Below are positions 28,953 to 38,755 of a stretch of 64,000 nucleotides of DNA, piece by piece. Source of the DNA: Alphaproteobacteria bacterium (lineage in GTDB: Bacteria > Pseudomonadota > Alphaproteobacteria > UBA7985 > JAUIBT01); contig JAUIDR010000009.1 in NCBI GenBank assembly GCA_030428565.1, positions 9,986 to 73,985 on the forward strand, read 5' to 3'. The translations under genes and the position numbers were made by a program. The notes beneath the pieces were generated by a model. It saw only the letters and a program-made list of their open reading frames with translations. It was not told the origin of the DNA and did not search any database. The stretch's first letter is position 1. Every line of letters begins with the position of its first letter.

Positions 28953-30650
28953 TTACTCGGCGGCCAGGGCCTTGGCGGTCTCGCTCTCTTCCAGGATGCC
29001 AAGCTCAACATCGTGCAGGGTCTTGGCTTCTTGCTTGCTGAGCTGTTCGCCCTGCTTGCGCTTATGCAGCACTTTTCGCGCGCGCTCGTACTCGGGAGCC
29101 TGCCAGAAGATCAAGCAACCGTTGCAACCCTTGCCGCAGCATCCTTCGACGCCGACGCGGTTGGTGCGGAAGCGCTTGACGTTGGTGTCCTTGGCAATGG
29201 CGCTGGCCAGGGCATCGCGCTTGACGCCGTAGTTCTTGTCATCGCGCTTACCTGCCGCTTCCAAGTTCTGCACCAGCTTATCGAACTTGATGCGGCACCA
29301 CTGTTCTTCATTCAGCGCCTTTTCCTTGCGCAGCACGGTAAAGGCCGGGAAGTTGGCTTTCAGCTTGGCCAGATCTTCTTGATCGAACAGACTGAAGGGG
29401 ATGCGCACGCGATGCTTTGAAGCGCCGTGTACCACCTCTTTGATTTTACCGGTCTCGGCCTCTTCGAACTCATAGAGGCGCAGCAAGACCGTCTCGCGGC
29501 TGATGGGCGAGACGAACTCCAGCACTTCGCCCGCTTCCAGCTTGTTCTTCACATCGACCAAGAAGGCGTCTTCGGTGACCTCGCTGACCACCGCAGCATA
29601 TTCCCACTGGGCGATGGTGGCGGTATGCTCGTAATCGTGGCCGTAGTTGGTCAGGCGGCCATCATGGAAGGCCTTGGTGTAGCCGCGGTTGCCCACGGTC
29701 TCCAGCTCGGCCATGTATTTGCGGTGATCCCAATTTTCGGGGTCGGCGTAGTAGTCATCGATGGCTTGGCGGTAGGCTCTGGCCACCACGGCCACATAGT
29801 ATTCAGACTTGCCGCGGCCTTCGACCTTCAGGCTATCGACCCCGATCTTCAGGTAGGAGTCGAGCTCAGGCATGAGGCAAAGATCACGCGAGTTCAGGAT
29901 ATAAGAGCCGCGACCGTCCTCTTCGATGGGCATGAGGTCGCCGGGGCGGCAGCCCTCTTCCAGCAAGAATTCGAACATGTCCAAGTTGTTGTCGTTGATG
30001 TCCAGCGCCTGGATGGTGCCGTCCTTCAGACGCATCTGCACCTTGTAGTTCCAGCGGCAGGAGTTGGCGCAGTTGCCCTGGTTGGCGCCGCGCTCGGCCA
30101 TGAAGTTGGACAGCAGGCAACGGCCCGAATAGGTCATGCACATGGAGCCGTGAACGAAGGCTTCCAGCTTGATATCTTGGCACTTGTCGCGGATCTCCAC
30201 CAGTTCGGGGTAGGAGACTTCGCGCGCCAGCACCACCAGGTCGGCGCCCTGTTGCTTCCAGAAATCCACGGTCAGGTAGGAGCAAACGTTGGACTGCGTT
30301 GAGATGTGAAGCGGCAGTTCGGGTGCGTGCTGCTTGACGTACTGGAACACGCCCGGATCAGAGATGATCAGGCCGTCGGGCTTCACCATGCGGACGGTCT
30401 CGATGTACTCGTCCAGCTTGGGCACGTCTTTGTTGTGCGAAAACAGATTGAGCGTCAGGTAGGCGCGCTTGCCGTGCTGGTGGCAGAACTCGACGCCCTC
30501 CACCACTTCTTCCAGGCTGAATTCGGATTTGGTGCGCAGGCTCATGTCGGGCGTGCCCAGGTAGACCGCATCGGCGCCGTAGAGCACCGCGATCTTGAGC
30601 TTGCGCAGGTTGCCGGCGGGCATCAGGAGTTCGGACTTGCGTTGCAGCAT
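28953..30650 (-). CDS. peptidase-U32-family protein, TrhP/YegQ-like, with a Cys-rich C-terminal extension
   Basis: The N-terminal roughly 450 aa are collinear with E. coli YegQ (PAGNL...GADAVYLG, HGSMCMTYSGRCLLSN, CANSCRW). The extra C-terminal roughly 115 aa contain CCGKGCNGC. Confidence 0.8.
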   Translation of the reverse strand: MLQRKSELLMPAGNLRKLKIAVLYGADAVYLGTPDMSLRTKSEFSLEEVVEGVEFCHQHGKRAYLTLNLFSHNKDVPKLDEYIETVRMVKPDGLIISDPGVFQYVKQHAPELPLHISTQSNVCSYLTVDFWKQQGADLVVLAREVSYPELVEIRDKCQDIKLEAFVHGSMCMTYSGRCLLSNFMAERGANQGNCANSCRWNYKVQMRLKDGTIQALDINDNNLDMFEFLLEEGCRPGDLMPIEEDGRGSYILNSRDLCLMPELDSYLKIGVDSLKVEGRGKSEYYVAVVARAYRQAIDDYYADPENWDHRKYMAELETVGNRGYTKAFHDGRLTNYGHDYEHTATIAQWEYAAVVSEVTEDAFLVDVKNKLEAGEVLEFVSPISRETVLLRLYEFEEAETGKIKEVVHGASKHRVRIPFSLFDQEDLAKLKANFPAFTVLRKEKALNEEQWCRIKFDKLVQNLEAAGKRDDKNYGVKRDALASAIAKDTNVKRFRTNRVGVEGCCGKGCNGCLIFWQAPEYERARKVLHKRKQGEQLSKQEAKTLHDVELGILEESETAKALAAE

Positions 30651-31001
30651 GGTGGGAGCCTGGACACTGTTGGGGTTGGGGCACGGCGGCCATCATGGCG
30701 GCGCGCGCTGGGTGTCGGGCACTATGTCCCTGACCGCTTTGGCGGTGGCGTTCGATCGAGCGCTCAACCGGGGCCGCAGCGGGAAAAGCGCTTTGGTATC
30801 GCGGAGGCCCTCCATAGCGCAAAGGCCTAGGCGTTTCAAGCCACAGCCGCGTGACGGAGGCCGCGCATTGCGCAGAGCGGCTATGAGGGGAAGTGGCGGC
30901 CTTCCGACGGCAGCCCGGCAACAGTCAGGCGGCAGCGATGGGCGATAAGCTGGGGACAAGCGCAGGCAGAGATTGTTTAGCGAATTATCGCATCTTAGGA
31001 T

Positions 31002-31781
31002 TTGGGCCACCCCTACAACAAGCAACGAGCCTCCCGCATGGACGTTTCTTCGGTTCAAAAGACCCGCCTGACCTTTGCGCTGATTTCGACGCCGATGATC
31101 TTGCTGCAACACGATATCGTCAAGAACACGGTGTTTTCCGATTGGGTTCCGCTGGCGCTAGGAGATTGGGACTGGTGGCAAACACCAATGCTGCTCGCGC
31201 CTCTTTTTGTGTTGACCATTATACACTACATACGCGCATATGCGGAACAACATCGATACCGCTTTCAAAACAAAACTGATGACGTAGAATTGGAATTTGA
31301 GTCACTAAAGGCCGATTTAATCGAGCAAATTGAAGATGGAATCAAACAATACGCTATTTTATCAAAATCAATTATCTACTCCGCGACAGAGCAATCAATT
31401 TTTCAAGAAATGAATTCAATATCAAAAATAGCTGATAGTAAAATTAAATCGATTTCAAATACATCTAAAATTTTCCAAATAAACAAAATAGGCCTATATT
31501 GCTTGATGTTTTCTGATGAAATGAATGATATTATACAAAATGCAGCTGACAGCAATGCAAGCAAAGAAGTTTTGGAATATTTACATATTTCAAAATTAAT
31601 TTCGGATACAGGTCACGCAGAAAGCAAAAACATTCTTATCAAGATAAAAAGAATATCCACAGCGAGTGCGTTTGCAAACATTCTATCTGAATTGCTGTTT
31701 CCCGCTTTCTTCTGGCTTGTCTTGCTCTGGCCGTTGATCATTCACCCAGCGTTTAAGACGATCGCTGGCTACATGTCATAA
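31002..31781 (+). CDS. hypothetical membrane protein encoded in an AT-rich island (start uncertain: 31002, 31038, 31095 or 31188)
   Basis: A continuous open frame runs through about 520 bp of roughly 35% GC DNA, where stop codons would otherwise be frequent. There are two predicted TM helices (WVPLALGDWDWWQTPMLLAPLFVLTIIHYI and LLFPAFFWLVLLWPLIIHPAF). No recognisable family was found. Confidence 0.55.
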   Translation: MGHPYNKQRASRMDVSSVQKTRLTFALISTPMILLQHDIVKNTVFSDWVPLALGDWDWWQTPMLLAPLFVLTIIHYIRAYAEQHRYRFQNKTDDVELEFESLKADLIEQIEDGIKQYAILSKSIIYSATEQSIFQEMNSISKIADSKIKSISNTSKIFQINKIGLYCLMFSDEMNDIIQNAADSNASKEVLEYLHISKLISDTGHAESKNILIKIKRISTASAFANILSELLFPAFFWLVLLWPLIIHPAFKTIAGYMS

Positions 31782-32047
31782 CAGTTCCTGTCACGACCAG
31801 CGCACCTGAAACGCCCTGGCGCGCGCTCGGCCTTACGGGCCTGGCGGCTGCGACTCATTGTTATTCAATCGAAGGCGGGATGCTTGGCGATCTCTTGTTG
31901 ATCTCGCGCAGGGGTAAAATCTGCAAGGCTTGGTGCTGTGACGGCCCTCAAATACCGCCGCACAGCCCCCCCCCAAGCAGACCTGACAAGGGCTCGGTCA
32001 AACAGCCCACCAAGAACGACAGCGAGTCTAAGGCAAACCCTCCAGGC

Positions 32048-32578
32048 CTAGCCCTCCAGCACCCGCAGTTCGCGATCAAAGCGCTTGGCGTTATCGACAT
32101 AGTGCTGGGCCGAGGCCTTCAGCCCCGCCACCTGCTCATCGCTCAAGGTGCGGATCGCGCGCGCCGGTGCCCCCACGATCAAGCTGTTCGGCGCAAAGGT
32201 CTTGCCCTCGGTGACCAGCGCGTTGGCCCCCACCACGCAATTATCACCGATGACCGCGCGGTTCAGAATGGTTGCCCCCATCCCGACCAAGCAATTGTCG
32301 CCGATCGTGCAGCCATGAACGATCGCGCCATGCCCCACGGTCACACCTTCGCCAATGGTCAGCGGCTCGCCTTCATCGGAGTGCAAGACCGCCCCGTCTT
32401 GGATGTTGGTGTCCGCGCCGATCTCGATCGGATCGTTGTCGCCGCGCACGGTTGCGGCAAACCAAAGGCTGACCTCTGCGCCCAGACGCACATTACCGAT
32501 CACGTAGGCGTTCGGCGCCAACCAGTAGTTTTGGCCGTCGGTCTGGGGGCTGATGTCGCCAAGAGCGCAAAGGGGCAT
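32048..32578 (-). CDS. gamma-class carbonic anhydrase / hexapeptide-repeat protein (PaaY/CaiE/YrdA family)
   Basis: It has left-handed beta-helix hexapeptide repeats and a conserved His-containing core. It is 176 aa. Confidence 0.85.
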   Translation of the reverse strand: MPLCALGDISPQTDGQNYWLAPNAYVIGNVRLGAEVSLWFAATVRGDNDPIEIGADTNIQDGAVLHSDEGEPLTIGEGVTVGHGAIVHGCTIGDNCLVGMGATILNRAVIGDNCVVGANALVTEGKTFAPNSLIVGAPARAIRTLSDEQVAGLKASAQHYVDNAKRFDRELRVLEG

Positions 32579-32698
32579 GTCGGGAATCCTCGTTTAGGGT
32601 CAGGTGCTTATCGGAACCTGGCGAGCGCTATCACAGCGCCCAAGCATGGCTCCACCTTGACCCTAGACCATTTCGGCATACCCCCGCAACGCTAAGGC

Positions 32699-35116
32699 CT
32701 AGCCGCGTAGGCGCGCGCCTGCCGGGTCAAAGGGCGCTTCAGCCAAGCGACGCGCCTTGTGTGCCCGGCCCAAGATGAAGATTTCCACCTCGTCGCCCTC
32801 GGCCACCTTACCCGCATGGACAAAGCCCAGCGCCAACGACTTATCAACGTGATAGCCATAAGCACCCGAGCTGACGTGACCGACGGGCGTGCCGTCGGGC
32901 AGGAAAATGGGTTCGCCGCCGCTGGCATCGGCCTCGTTGACCGCATCCACCTCAAAGATGGTCAGCTCCTCGCGTGGCGCACGGTCGGCCAGTGCGGCAT
33001 AGGCTTCTTTATTCAAGAAGTCCTTATCCATCTTGATCAAGCGCCCCAGACCCAGCTCCTGCGGCCAGTATTCAAAGCTGTATTCGCGCCCCCAAGAGCC
33101 ATAGCCCTTTTCGATGCGCAGCGAGCCCAGCGCGCGGCCCCCAATCGGACCGCCGCCCAGCTCCCGCGCGGCTGCAATCAGCGCTTCATAGAGCGCGACT
33201 TGATCGCCCTCGGCGCAGTGCAGCTCCCAACCCAGATCACCGGTGAAGGAGACACGCAGCGCGATGACCTCAACGCCCGCCACTTGCATGCGCCGCGACC
33301 GCATGAAGGGGAAGGCCTCGTTCGATAGGTCTTCGTTGGTCAAGCGCTGCAACAGATCGCGCGCCTTGGGTCCGGCGACGTTGAAGCCACACATAGCATC
33401 GGTGCGGTTTTCAAAGCGGGTGCCTTCGGGGAGGGGAACGGCGTTAAAGAAGCGCTGGTGGAAGCGTTCGGCCAGGCCCGATCCCACCATCATGAATTCA
33501 TCGTCGGCCAGCTTGGTGATGGTGAAGTCACCCGCCACGCCACCGCGCTTACCGATCAAGGGAGCCAGGCAAGAGCGGCCTATAACACTGGGCACCTTGT
33601 TGGCCACCAGTGCGTTCAGCCAGTCGGCCGCGCCGGGGCCTGACACAAAATAGTTCGCAAAGTTCGAGATATCCAGGACACCGACGCTATCGCGCAGCAT
33701 GCGCACCTCGCGACCCACGGGCTCGAACCAGTTCTGGCGCGTAAAGCCGTTGGTCTCGACCGTGCCCGGCTCATCGGCGAACCAAAGCGGGTGTTCCCAG
33801 CCGCAGTTGAGCCCGAAGACCGCGCCCATGGAGGCTTGCAGCTCCAGCGCAGGGCGGACCCGTGCCGGACGACCGGCAGAGCGTTCCTCGTTCGGGAAGT
33901 GAATCGAAAAGCGGTTGGCGTACTGATCGGCGACCCGCGCCTTGGTGAAGTCTTTGCCCGCCCATTTGCCAAAGCGCGCCAGATCCCAGCCGAACATGTC
34001 CAAGGTCGGCTCGCCTTCGACGATCCATTCGGCGGTCATTTTGCCCAAGCCGCCCGACTGGCTGAAGCCTGGAATGATGCCATTACAGCAGAAATAGCCC
34101 TTCAGCTCGGGCACGGGGCCAAACAGGGCAGAGGAATCGGGCGACCAGATCATGGGGCCGTTGATGACCCGCTTGATACCCGCTTCAGCGGCGACCGGCA
34201 CGCGGTCCATGGCGCGCATGACGTTATCCATGATGCGTTCCAGGTCGTCGTCGAACAGCTCGTGGCCGAAGTCCTGCGGGGTGCCGCCTTCGGCCCAAAA
34301 GCGCAGGTCTTTTTCATAAGCACCGATCAAGAGCCCCAGACCCTCTTGGCGCAGGTAGTATTCGCCATCGCGGTCGGCGACCGAGGGCAAGCGACGCCCG
34401 GCGTCCGCGATGTCTTGAATGGTTTCAGTCACGAAATACTGGTGCTCGGTGGGCATGAGCGGCAGCTCCAGGCCCGCCATGGCCGCCACCTCACGGCCCC
34501 AGAGGCCCGCGGCGTTGATGACCCACTCCGTAGTGATATCGCCCTTCGGTGTCTCGACGATCCAGCGTCCGTCGGGCTGCTGGCGGGTGGCGGTGACGGG
34601 GGTGAAACGATGGATTTCCGCGCCGGCAGCGCGCGCACCTGCCGCATAGGCCATGGTCACGCCCGAGGGATCGACGTTGCCGCCGTCGGGTTCGAACATG
34701 ATGCAGCGAATGCCGTCAAAATTGACCAGCGGATGCAAGCGCTCGGCTTCGTCGCGGCTGATCTTGTGGAAGTTCATGCCATAGTAGCGCGCTTTGGCCT
34801 CTTGCAGCAGCAACTGATGTTCGCGCGCTTCGGTCTGCGCCAGATAAAGCGAGCCCGGCTGATAGACGCCGCAACCTTGCCCCGTAGTCTCTTCCAGCTC
34901 CTTATATAGGTTCATGGTGTAGTGCTGGATGCGCGAGATATTGGTATTGTCGTGCAGGCCGTGGATATTGGCTGCTGCGTGCCACGTCGAACCCGATGTC
35001 AATTCATCGCGCTCCAACAGCACGACGTCGCGCCAGCCCAGTTTGGTCAGGTGGTAAAGGATCGAACATCCGACCAGGCCGCCCCCAATGACGACCGCTT
35101 GAGCGTGGGTTTTCAT
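32699..35116 (-). CDS. FAD-dependent oxidoreductase fused to a GcvT-like aminomethyltransferase domain (dimethylglycine/sarcosine dehydrogenase family)
   Basis: The N-terminus has AVVIGGGLVGCSILYHLTKLG...SGSTWHAAA (a DAO domain), and the C-terminus has the GcvT folate-binding domain. The start was chosen at MKTHAQ (35116). Confidence 0.85.
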   Translation of the reverse strand: MKTHAQAVVIGGGLVGCSILYHLTKLGWRDVVLLERDELTSGSTWHAAANIHGLHDNTNISRIQHYTMNLYKELEETTGQGCGVYQPGSLYLAQTEAREHQLLLQEAKARYYGMNFHKISRDEAERLHPLVNFDGIRCIMFEPDGGNVDPSGVTMAYAAGARAAGAEIHRFTPVTATRQQPDGRWIVETPKGDITTEWVINAAGLWGREVAAMAGLELPLMPTEHQYFVTETIQDIADAGRRLPSVADRDGEYYLRQEGLGLLIGAYEKDLRFWAEGGTPQDFGHELFDDDLERIMDNVMRAMDRVPVAAEAGIKRVINGPMIWSPDSSALFGPVPELKGYFCCNGIIPGFSQSGGLGKMTAEWIVEGEPTLDMFGWDLARFGKWAGKDFTKARVADQYANRFSIHFPNEERSAGRPARVRPALELQASMGAVFGLNCGWEHPLWFADEPGTVETNGFTRQNWFEPVGREVRMLRDSVGVLDISNFANYFVSGPGAADWLNALVANKVPSVIGRSCLAPLIGKRGGVAGDFTITKLADDEFMMVGSGLAERFHQRFFNAVPLPEGTRFENRTDAMCGFNVAGPKARDLLQRLTNEDLSNEAFPFMRSRRMQVAGVEVIALRVSFTGDLGWELHCAEGDQVALYEALIAAARELGGGPIGGRALGSLRIEKGYGSWGREYSFEYWPQELGLGRLIKMDKDFLNKEAYAALADRAPREELTIFEVDAVNEADASGGEPIFLPDGTPVGHVSSGAYGYHVDKSLALGFVHAGKVAEGDEVEIFILGRAHKARRLAEAPFDPAGARLRG

Positions 35117-35375
35117 GGCAAATTCCTTCCTGCACACATGGCTTGCGGCCACCGATTGGCAAAAGACGCGCGCTGCCGCGCGGCGTTGTGACCAGAGCTC
35201 GCGAATTGTTCTTGACCTAATCCCTATAGGCCGTTTTGCATGGGACAAATGCGTCAGAATCTGCGCTGATTTTTCCGTCAAGCCGACTTGGGGCACTTTT
35301 TTGCCGTCAGGCCCGTCGCCAACGACGCGGCTTGCTGACAGGATTGCTGCCGCTTCTCTAACTTTGTGAGGCCCC

Positions 35376-36569
35376 TTGCGCCCTTCTCAATTGACCCTGG
35401 ATCTAGCCCCTTTGGCTGGCAACAAATGGGCCTTGCATGGCCAAGCCCGCCGACGGCAGCGCGCGGGCGATGAAGTGCTGATGCTGACAATTGGCGAACC
35501 CGACCAGCCGGCCGACCCGCTGCTGATCGCGGCGGCCAAGACCGCGCTGGACCAAGGCCGCACGCGCTATTCTAACGGCCAAGGCGAGGCGGGCTTGTTG
35601 GCCGCGCTGGTGGCGCGTTACCAAGGACGCAGCCCCTCGCCCCTCAGCGCTGACAATTTTATCTGTCTGCCTGGTACGCAGACCGCGCTCTATGTGGCGC
35701 TGCGCGCTATCTTGGAACCAGGGGATGAGGTGCTGGTCGGCGATCCGCTCTATGCCACCTACGAGAGCGTCATTGTGGCCTGCGGTGCGCGTCCGGTGCT
35801 AGTGCCGCTGAACAGCGAGGCGGACTTTATATTCGACGCCGCGCGCGCCGGTGCCTTCATCACCGAAAAGACCAAGGCGCTATTGCTCAACAATCCGCAC
35901 AACCCGACGGGCGCGGTGTTGCCGCGCCAAGCCTTGCGCGCACTGGGCGAATTGGCCAAGCAGCATGATCTTTGGATCGTCGCCGATGAAGTCTATGAGG
36001 CGCTGATTTTCGACCCAGAGGCCACGCCCTTTGCCTCGCCTTGGGATTGGGCCGACCTTCACGACCGCTCAATTATCGTCTCGTCTATCTCAAAGAGCCA
36101 CGCCGCGCCCGGCTTCCGCAGCGGCTGGTTGTTGGCATCGCGCGATTTCTGTCGCGTCGCCTTGCCCTTGGCAGAGGCGCTGTTGTTCGGCAATCAACCC
36201 TTTATCGCCGACGCTACTGCGCAGGTCTTGAACGCTGCCGACAAAGCGGTGAGCGAGCGTATGCGCGCTGACTACGCCCGCCGTGCGCGCCTGGTGGCCA
36301 GCCTACTGCATGGGCGCGCGGGCCTAGAAGTCTTTGCACCGCAGGCGGGCCTGTTCTTGTTGGTGGATGTGACCGCGACCGGCCTGGATGGGCAGGGCTT
36401 CGCCCGGCGCCTGCTGGACGAACAAGCGGTAGCGGTCATGCCCGGCGCGTCTTTTGGCACCCGCATTGACAATTGGCTACGGCTCAGCCTGACGGTCAGT
36501 GACGCCCAACTTATCGAGGCATCAGCGCGCATCCTAGCTCAAGCTGCGAAGGAGTGGCAACACGAGTGA
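35376..36569 (+). CDS. PLP-dependent aminotransferase, class I/II
   Basis: Contains the PLP-Lys region SISKSHAAPGFRSGW and aspartate-aminotransferase-fold motifs. The last six codons (KEWQHE*) are supplied by repeat copy E. Confidence 0.8.
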   Translation: MRPSQLTLDLAPLAGNKWALHGQARRRQRAGDEVLMLTIGEPDQPADPLLIAAAKTALDQGRTRYSNGQGEAGLLAALVARYQGRSPSPLSADNFICLPGTQTALYVALRAILEPGDEVLVGDPLYATYESVIVACGARPVLVPLNSEADFIFDAARAGAFITEKTKALLLNNPHNPTGAVLPRQALRALGELAKQHDLWIVADEVYEALIFDPEATPFASPWDWADLHDRSIIVSSISKSHAAPGFRSGWLLASRDFCRVALPLAEALLFGNQPFIADATAQVLNAADKAVSERMRADYARRARLVASLLHGRAGLEVFAPQAGLFLLVDVTATGLDGQGFARRLLDEQAVAVMPGASFGTRIDNWLRLSLTVSDAQLIEASARILAQAAKEWQHE

Positions 36570-36641
36570 GCATGGACTTGCGTTAGAAATCAGTCAGCTA
36601 GAGCGGATGGGCTGTTGCGACACCAGCGCCCGACGCTCTGG
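36534..36641 (+). repeat. 105-110-bp intergenic hairpin repeat, copy E
   Basis: Its 5' part is degenerate and overlaps the aminotransferase 3' end. The remainder is about 90% identical to copies B and C. Confidence 0.75.
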
Positions 36642-36738
36642 CTTTCGCCAACGCCTTGCAAGCCCAGCCTATCGAAGCGGAAAGCTAGATCTCGACCATC
36701 TAGCTTGCTTAGTGGCGGGCGATCAGCTCTTCCATCAG

Positions 36739-37206
36739 CTAAAGGGCTTCTTTGGTCTCTTTCAAGATAACCCGCCACCAATCAAAGACATCATCCAGAT
36801 TGCGGCGCTCATAGCCATAGGCCAAGCTGTAGGCGAACTTGACCGCCACATCGCCATCATTGTCGAAGTACCACTTGCCGAAAATGTTGTCCTTGTTCAA
36901 ATCGTGGATGCGCTGCAAGGACAAGCTGTTCGCTGTACCCGCCCAGGCAGCATTGAACTGCATGGTTCGGCATCGGCTCTTGTCGCTGTTGCAGTCATAA
37001 AACAAGATGCCATAGCGGGTGCCGTCCATACGCCCGACGATCAGGGGATCACCGACCGAATCAACGTCCATATTGGCGCTGCCCCAGCCCTTGGCGATAT
37101 CTAAGATCAGATCGACTTCTTGGCGCTCATCGCTGTCTTGAGCAAAGGTGTGCCCGGTAAACAACGTCAGCGCTAACGCCCAAGCCAGCGCGATTTTCTT
37201 GAACAT
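36739..37206 (-). CDS. hypothetical secreted protein (signal peptide; possibly YbjN-like fold)
   Basis: It has the signal peptide MFKKIALAWALALTLFTGHTFA. It is 155 aa and no family was confidently recognised. Confidence 0.5.
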   Translation of the reverse strand: MFKKIALAWALALTLFTGHTFAQDSDERQEVDLILDIAKGWGSANMDVDSVGDPLIVGRMDGTRYGILFYDCNSDKSRCRTMQFNAAWAGTANSLSLQRIHDLNKDNIFGKWYFDNDGDVAVKFAYSLAYGYERRNLDDVFDWWRVILKETKEAL

Positions 37207-37375
37207 CGGGGCCTCCTTTTAAGACAGATCGTAGCGCACGAAGCTTTGACGATCCGCTTCAGACTGTCAAGCAGACCCCCAATTTTCGCTTCTTTCAGCG
37301 CGATTTTATCCCGGGGCAAGCAAATACCTGGCACAAATGGCCGATTATTTAATGTCGCCGTCTTTTATTACCAGG

Positions 37376-38746
37376 CTAATCAATCCGCACACCCTGGCGC
37401 TTGAGCTCGCTCTGGACAGCCGCCATATCGACCAGATCCAGCGCACGCCCGGTTTTGATCGACAGGGCCGCCGCCACACCCGCCCCCTGCCCAGCGACCG
37501 CGCAACAGGCCATATTGCGCGTCGCGGCGTGGGCGATGCGATCCCCGCCAATGGCCCGGCCCGTTACCAGCAGCCCCTCAACCCCCTTGGGCAGCATGCA
37601 GCGGTAGGGGATTTGCATATAGCGCCCGGTCGTCGGCAAAATCAGCACACCGTAGCCATCGATGAATTCGGGATAGATGCCGACGCTATCGTCAAAGCGG
37701 GCCTGTTCGCGCACATCGGTCTCGCTCATGTTGTAGGCCGCGTCGATTTTGCGGGTATCGCGAATGCCGATGGTCATGCCGAAATTGCGCAGGCGCGCGG
37801 CCTGGCAGCCAGGCGCATAGCGGCGCAAGGCCTCAATCGCCAGCATGGCCTGCTTGCGCCCTTCGATTTCAAACTGGGTCATGCTGTCGGGGTCGGTGCC
37901 ATCACAGCCCGCCAGATGCACCAAGTTCATATAGGTCATCTCACCGCTGTCGTGGACGGCGCCCCAGGTGCCCGCAATAGTATTCAGGTGCGCGGGGATG
38001 ACCCCTTCGCGGATGGCTTGCTCAAAGGGCTTGCCCAGGTAGGGCGAGAACATCTCGTCCTCCTTGCCCGAGGTCTCGATCTGCCATTCGCCCGAGGCCC
38101 AATCCGAATAGGTCTGCGGGTCGGCCTTGACCCCCGCCAAAAAAGCCGCCTTATCGACGCCCGCCATGTGGAACATGACTGAGGCCGCTTGCATGGCCTC
38201 GACCGGGGTCTTGTGGGTCGGCGCGCCTGCGCGCAAGGCTATATCCGCATCGCCGGTCGCATCAATTACACACTTGGCCAGGATGGCTTCGCGTCCGGTC
38301 TTTGACTCGGTAATGATGCCGACGATGGTCTTGCCATCCATGATGGGCGCCACCACCAGGCGGTGCAGCATGGGAACAACGCCCGCTTCTTCGACCAGGG
38401 CATCGGCGACCAGCTTGAAGCCTTCGGAATCCAGCTCATAGGACAGCGATTGGCTCTCGGGCACGGCCGCGCCCGCCGCCTTGGCGCGCTGCTCGAACTC
38501 CCAGCCGATACCACCCGCCTCAACGGTCTGTTCGTGGCGATACCAGGCGAAACCTTCGACCCCCACCGTGGTGATATTGCCGCCAAAGCAGCCAAAGCGC
38601 TCGACCAGCGTTGTCTTAACGCCCGTGCGCGCCGATGCCAGAGCCGCCGCCAGGCCGCCGGGCCCCGAGCCCACGACCAGCACGTCGGTTTGATGGATCA
38701 CGTCAATCTGACGCGCCGGTTCGCTGATCTGCCCTAAAACGCCCAT
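37376..38746 (-). CDS. FAD-dependent oxidoreductase (FAD_oxidored / HI0933-like family)
   Basis: Contains the FAD-binding motif DVLVVGSGPGGLAAALASARTG. It lies 9 bp downstream of the CocE/NonD gene on the same strand. Confidence 0.7.
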   Translation of the reverse strand: MGVLGQISEPARQIDVIHQTDVLVVGSGPGGLAAALASARTGVKTTLVERFGCFGGNITTVGVEGFAWYRHEQTVEAGGIGWEFEQRAKAAGAAVPESQSLSYELDSEGFKLVADALVEEAGVVPMLHRLVVAPIMDGKTIVGIITESKTGREAILAKCVIDATGDADIALRAGAPTHKTPVEAMQAASVMFHMAGVDKAAFLAGVKADPQTYSDWASGEWQIETSGKEDEMFSPYLGKPFEQAIREGVIPAHLNTIAGTWGAVHDSGEMTYMNLVHLAGCDGTDPDSMTQFEIEGRKQAMLAIEALRRYAPGCQAARLRNFGMTIGIRDTRKIDAAYNMSETDVREQARFDDSVGIYPEFIDGYGVLILPTTGRYMQIPYRCMLPKGVEGLLVTGRAIGGDRIAHAATRNMACCAVAGQGAGVAAALSIKTGRALDLVDMAAVQSELKRQGVRID

Positions 38747-38755
38747 AGCGGCCCC

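Noticed and set aside
31880-32695. 271-aa plus-strand ORF downstream of the AT-rich gene
   Set aside because: It is antisense to the well-supported gamma-carbonic-anhydrase gene and is Arg/Ala/Pro-rich low complexity.
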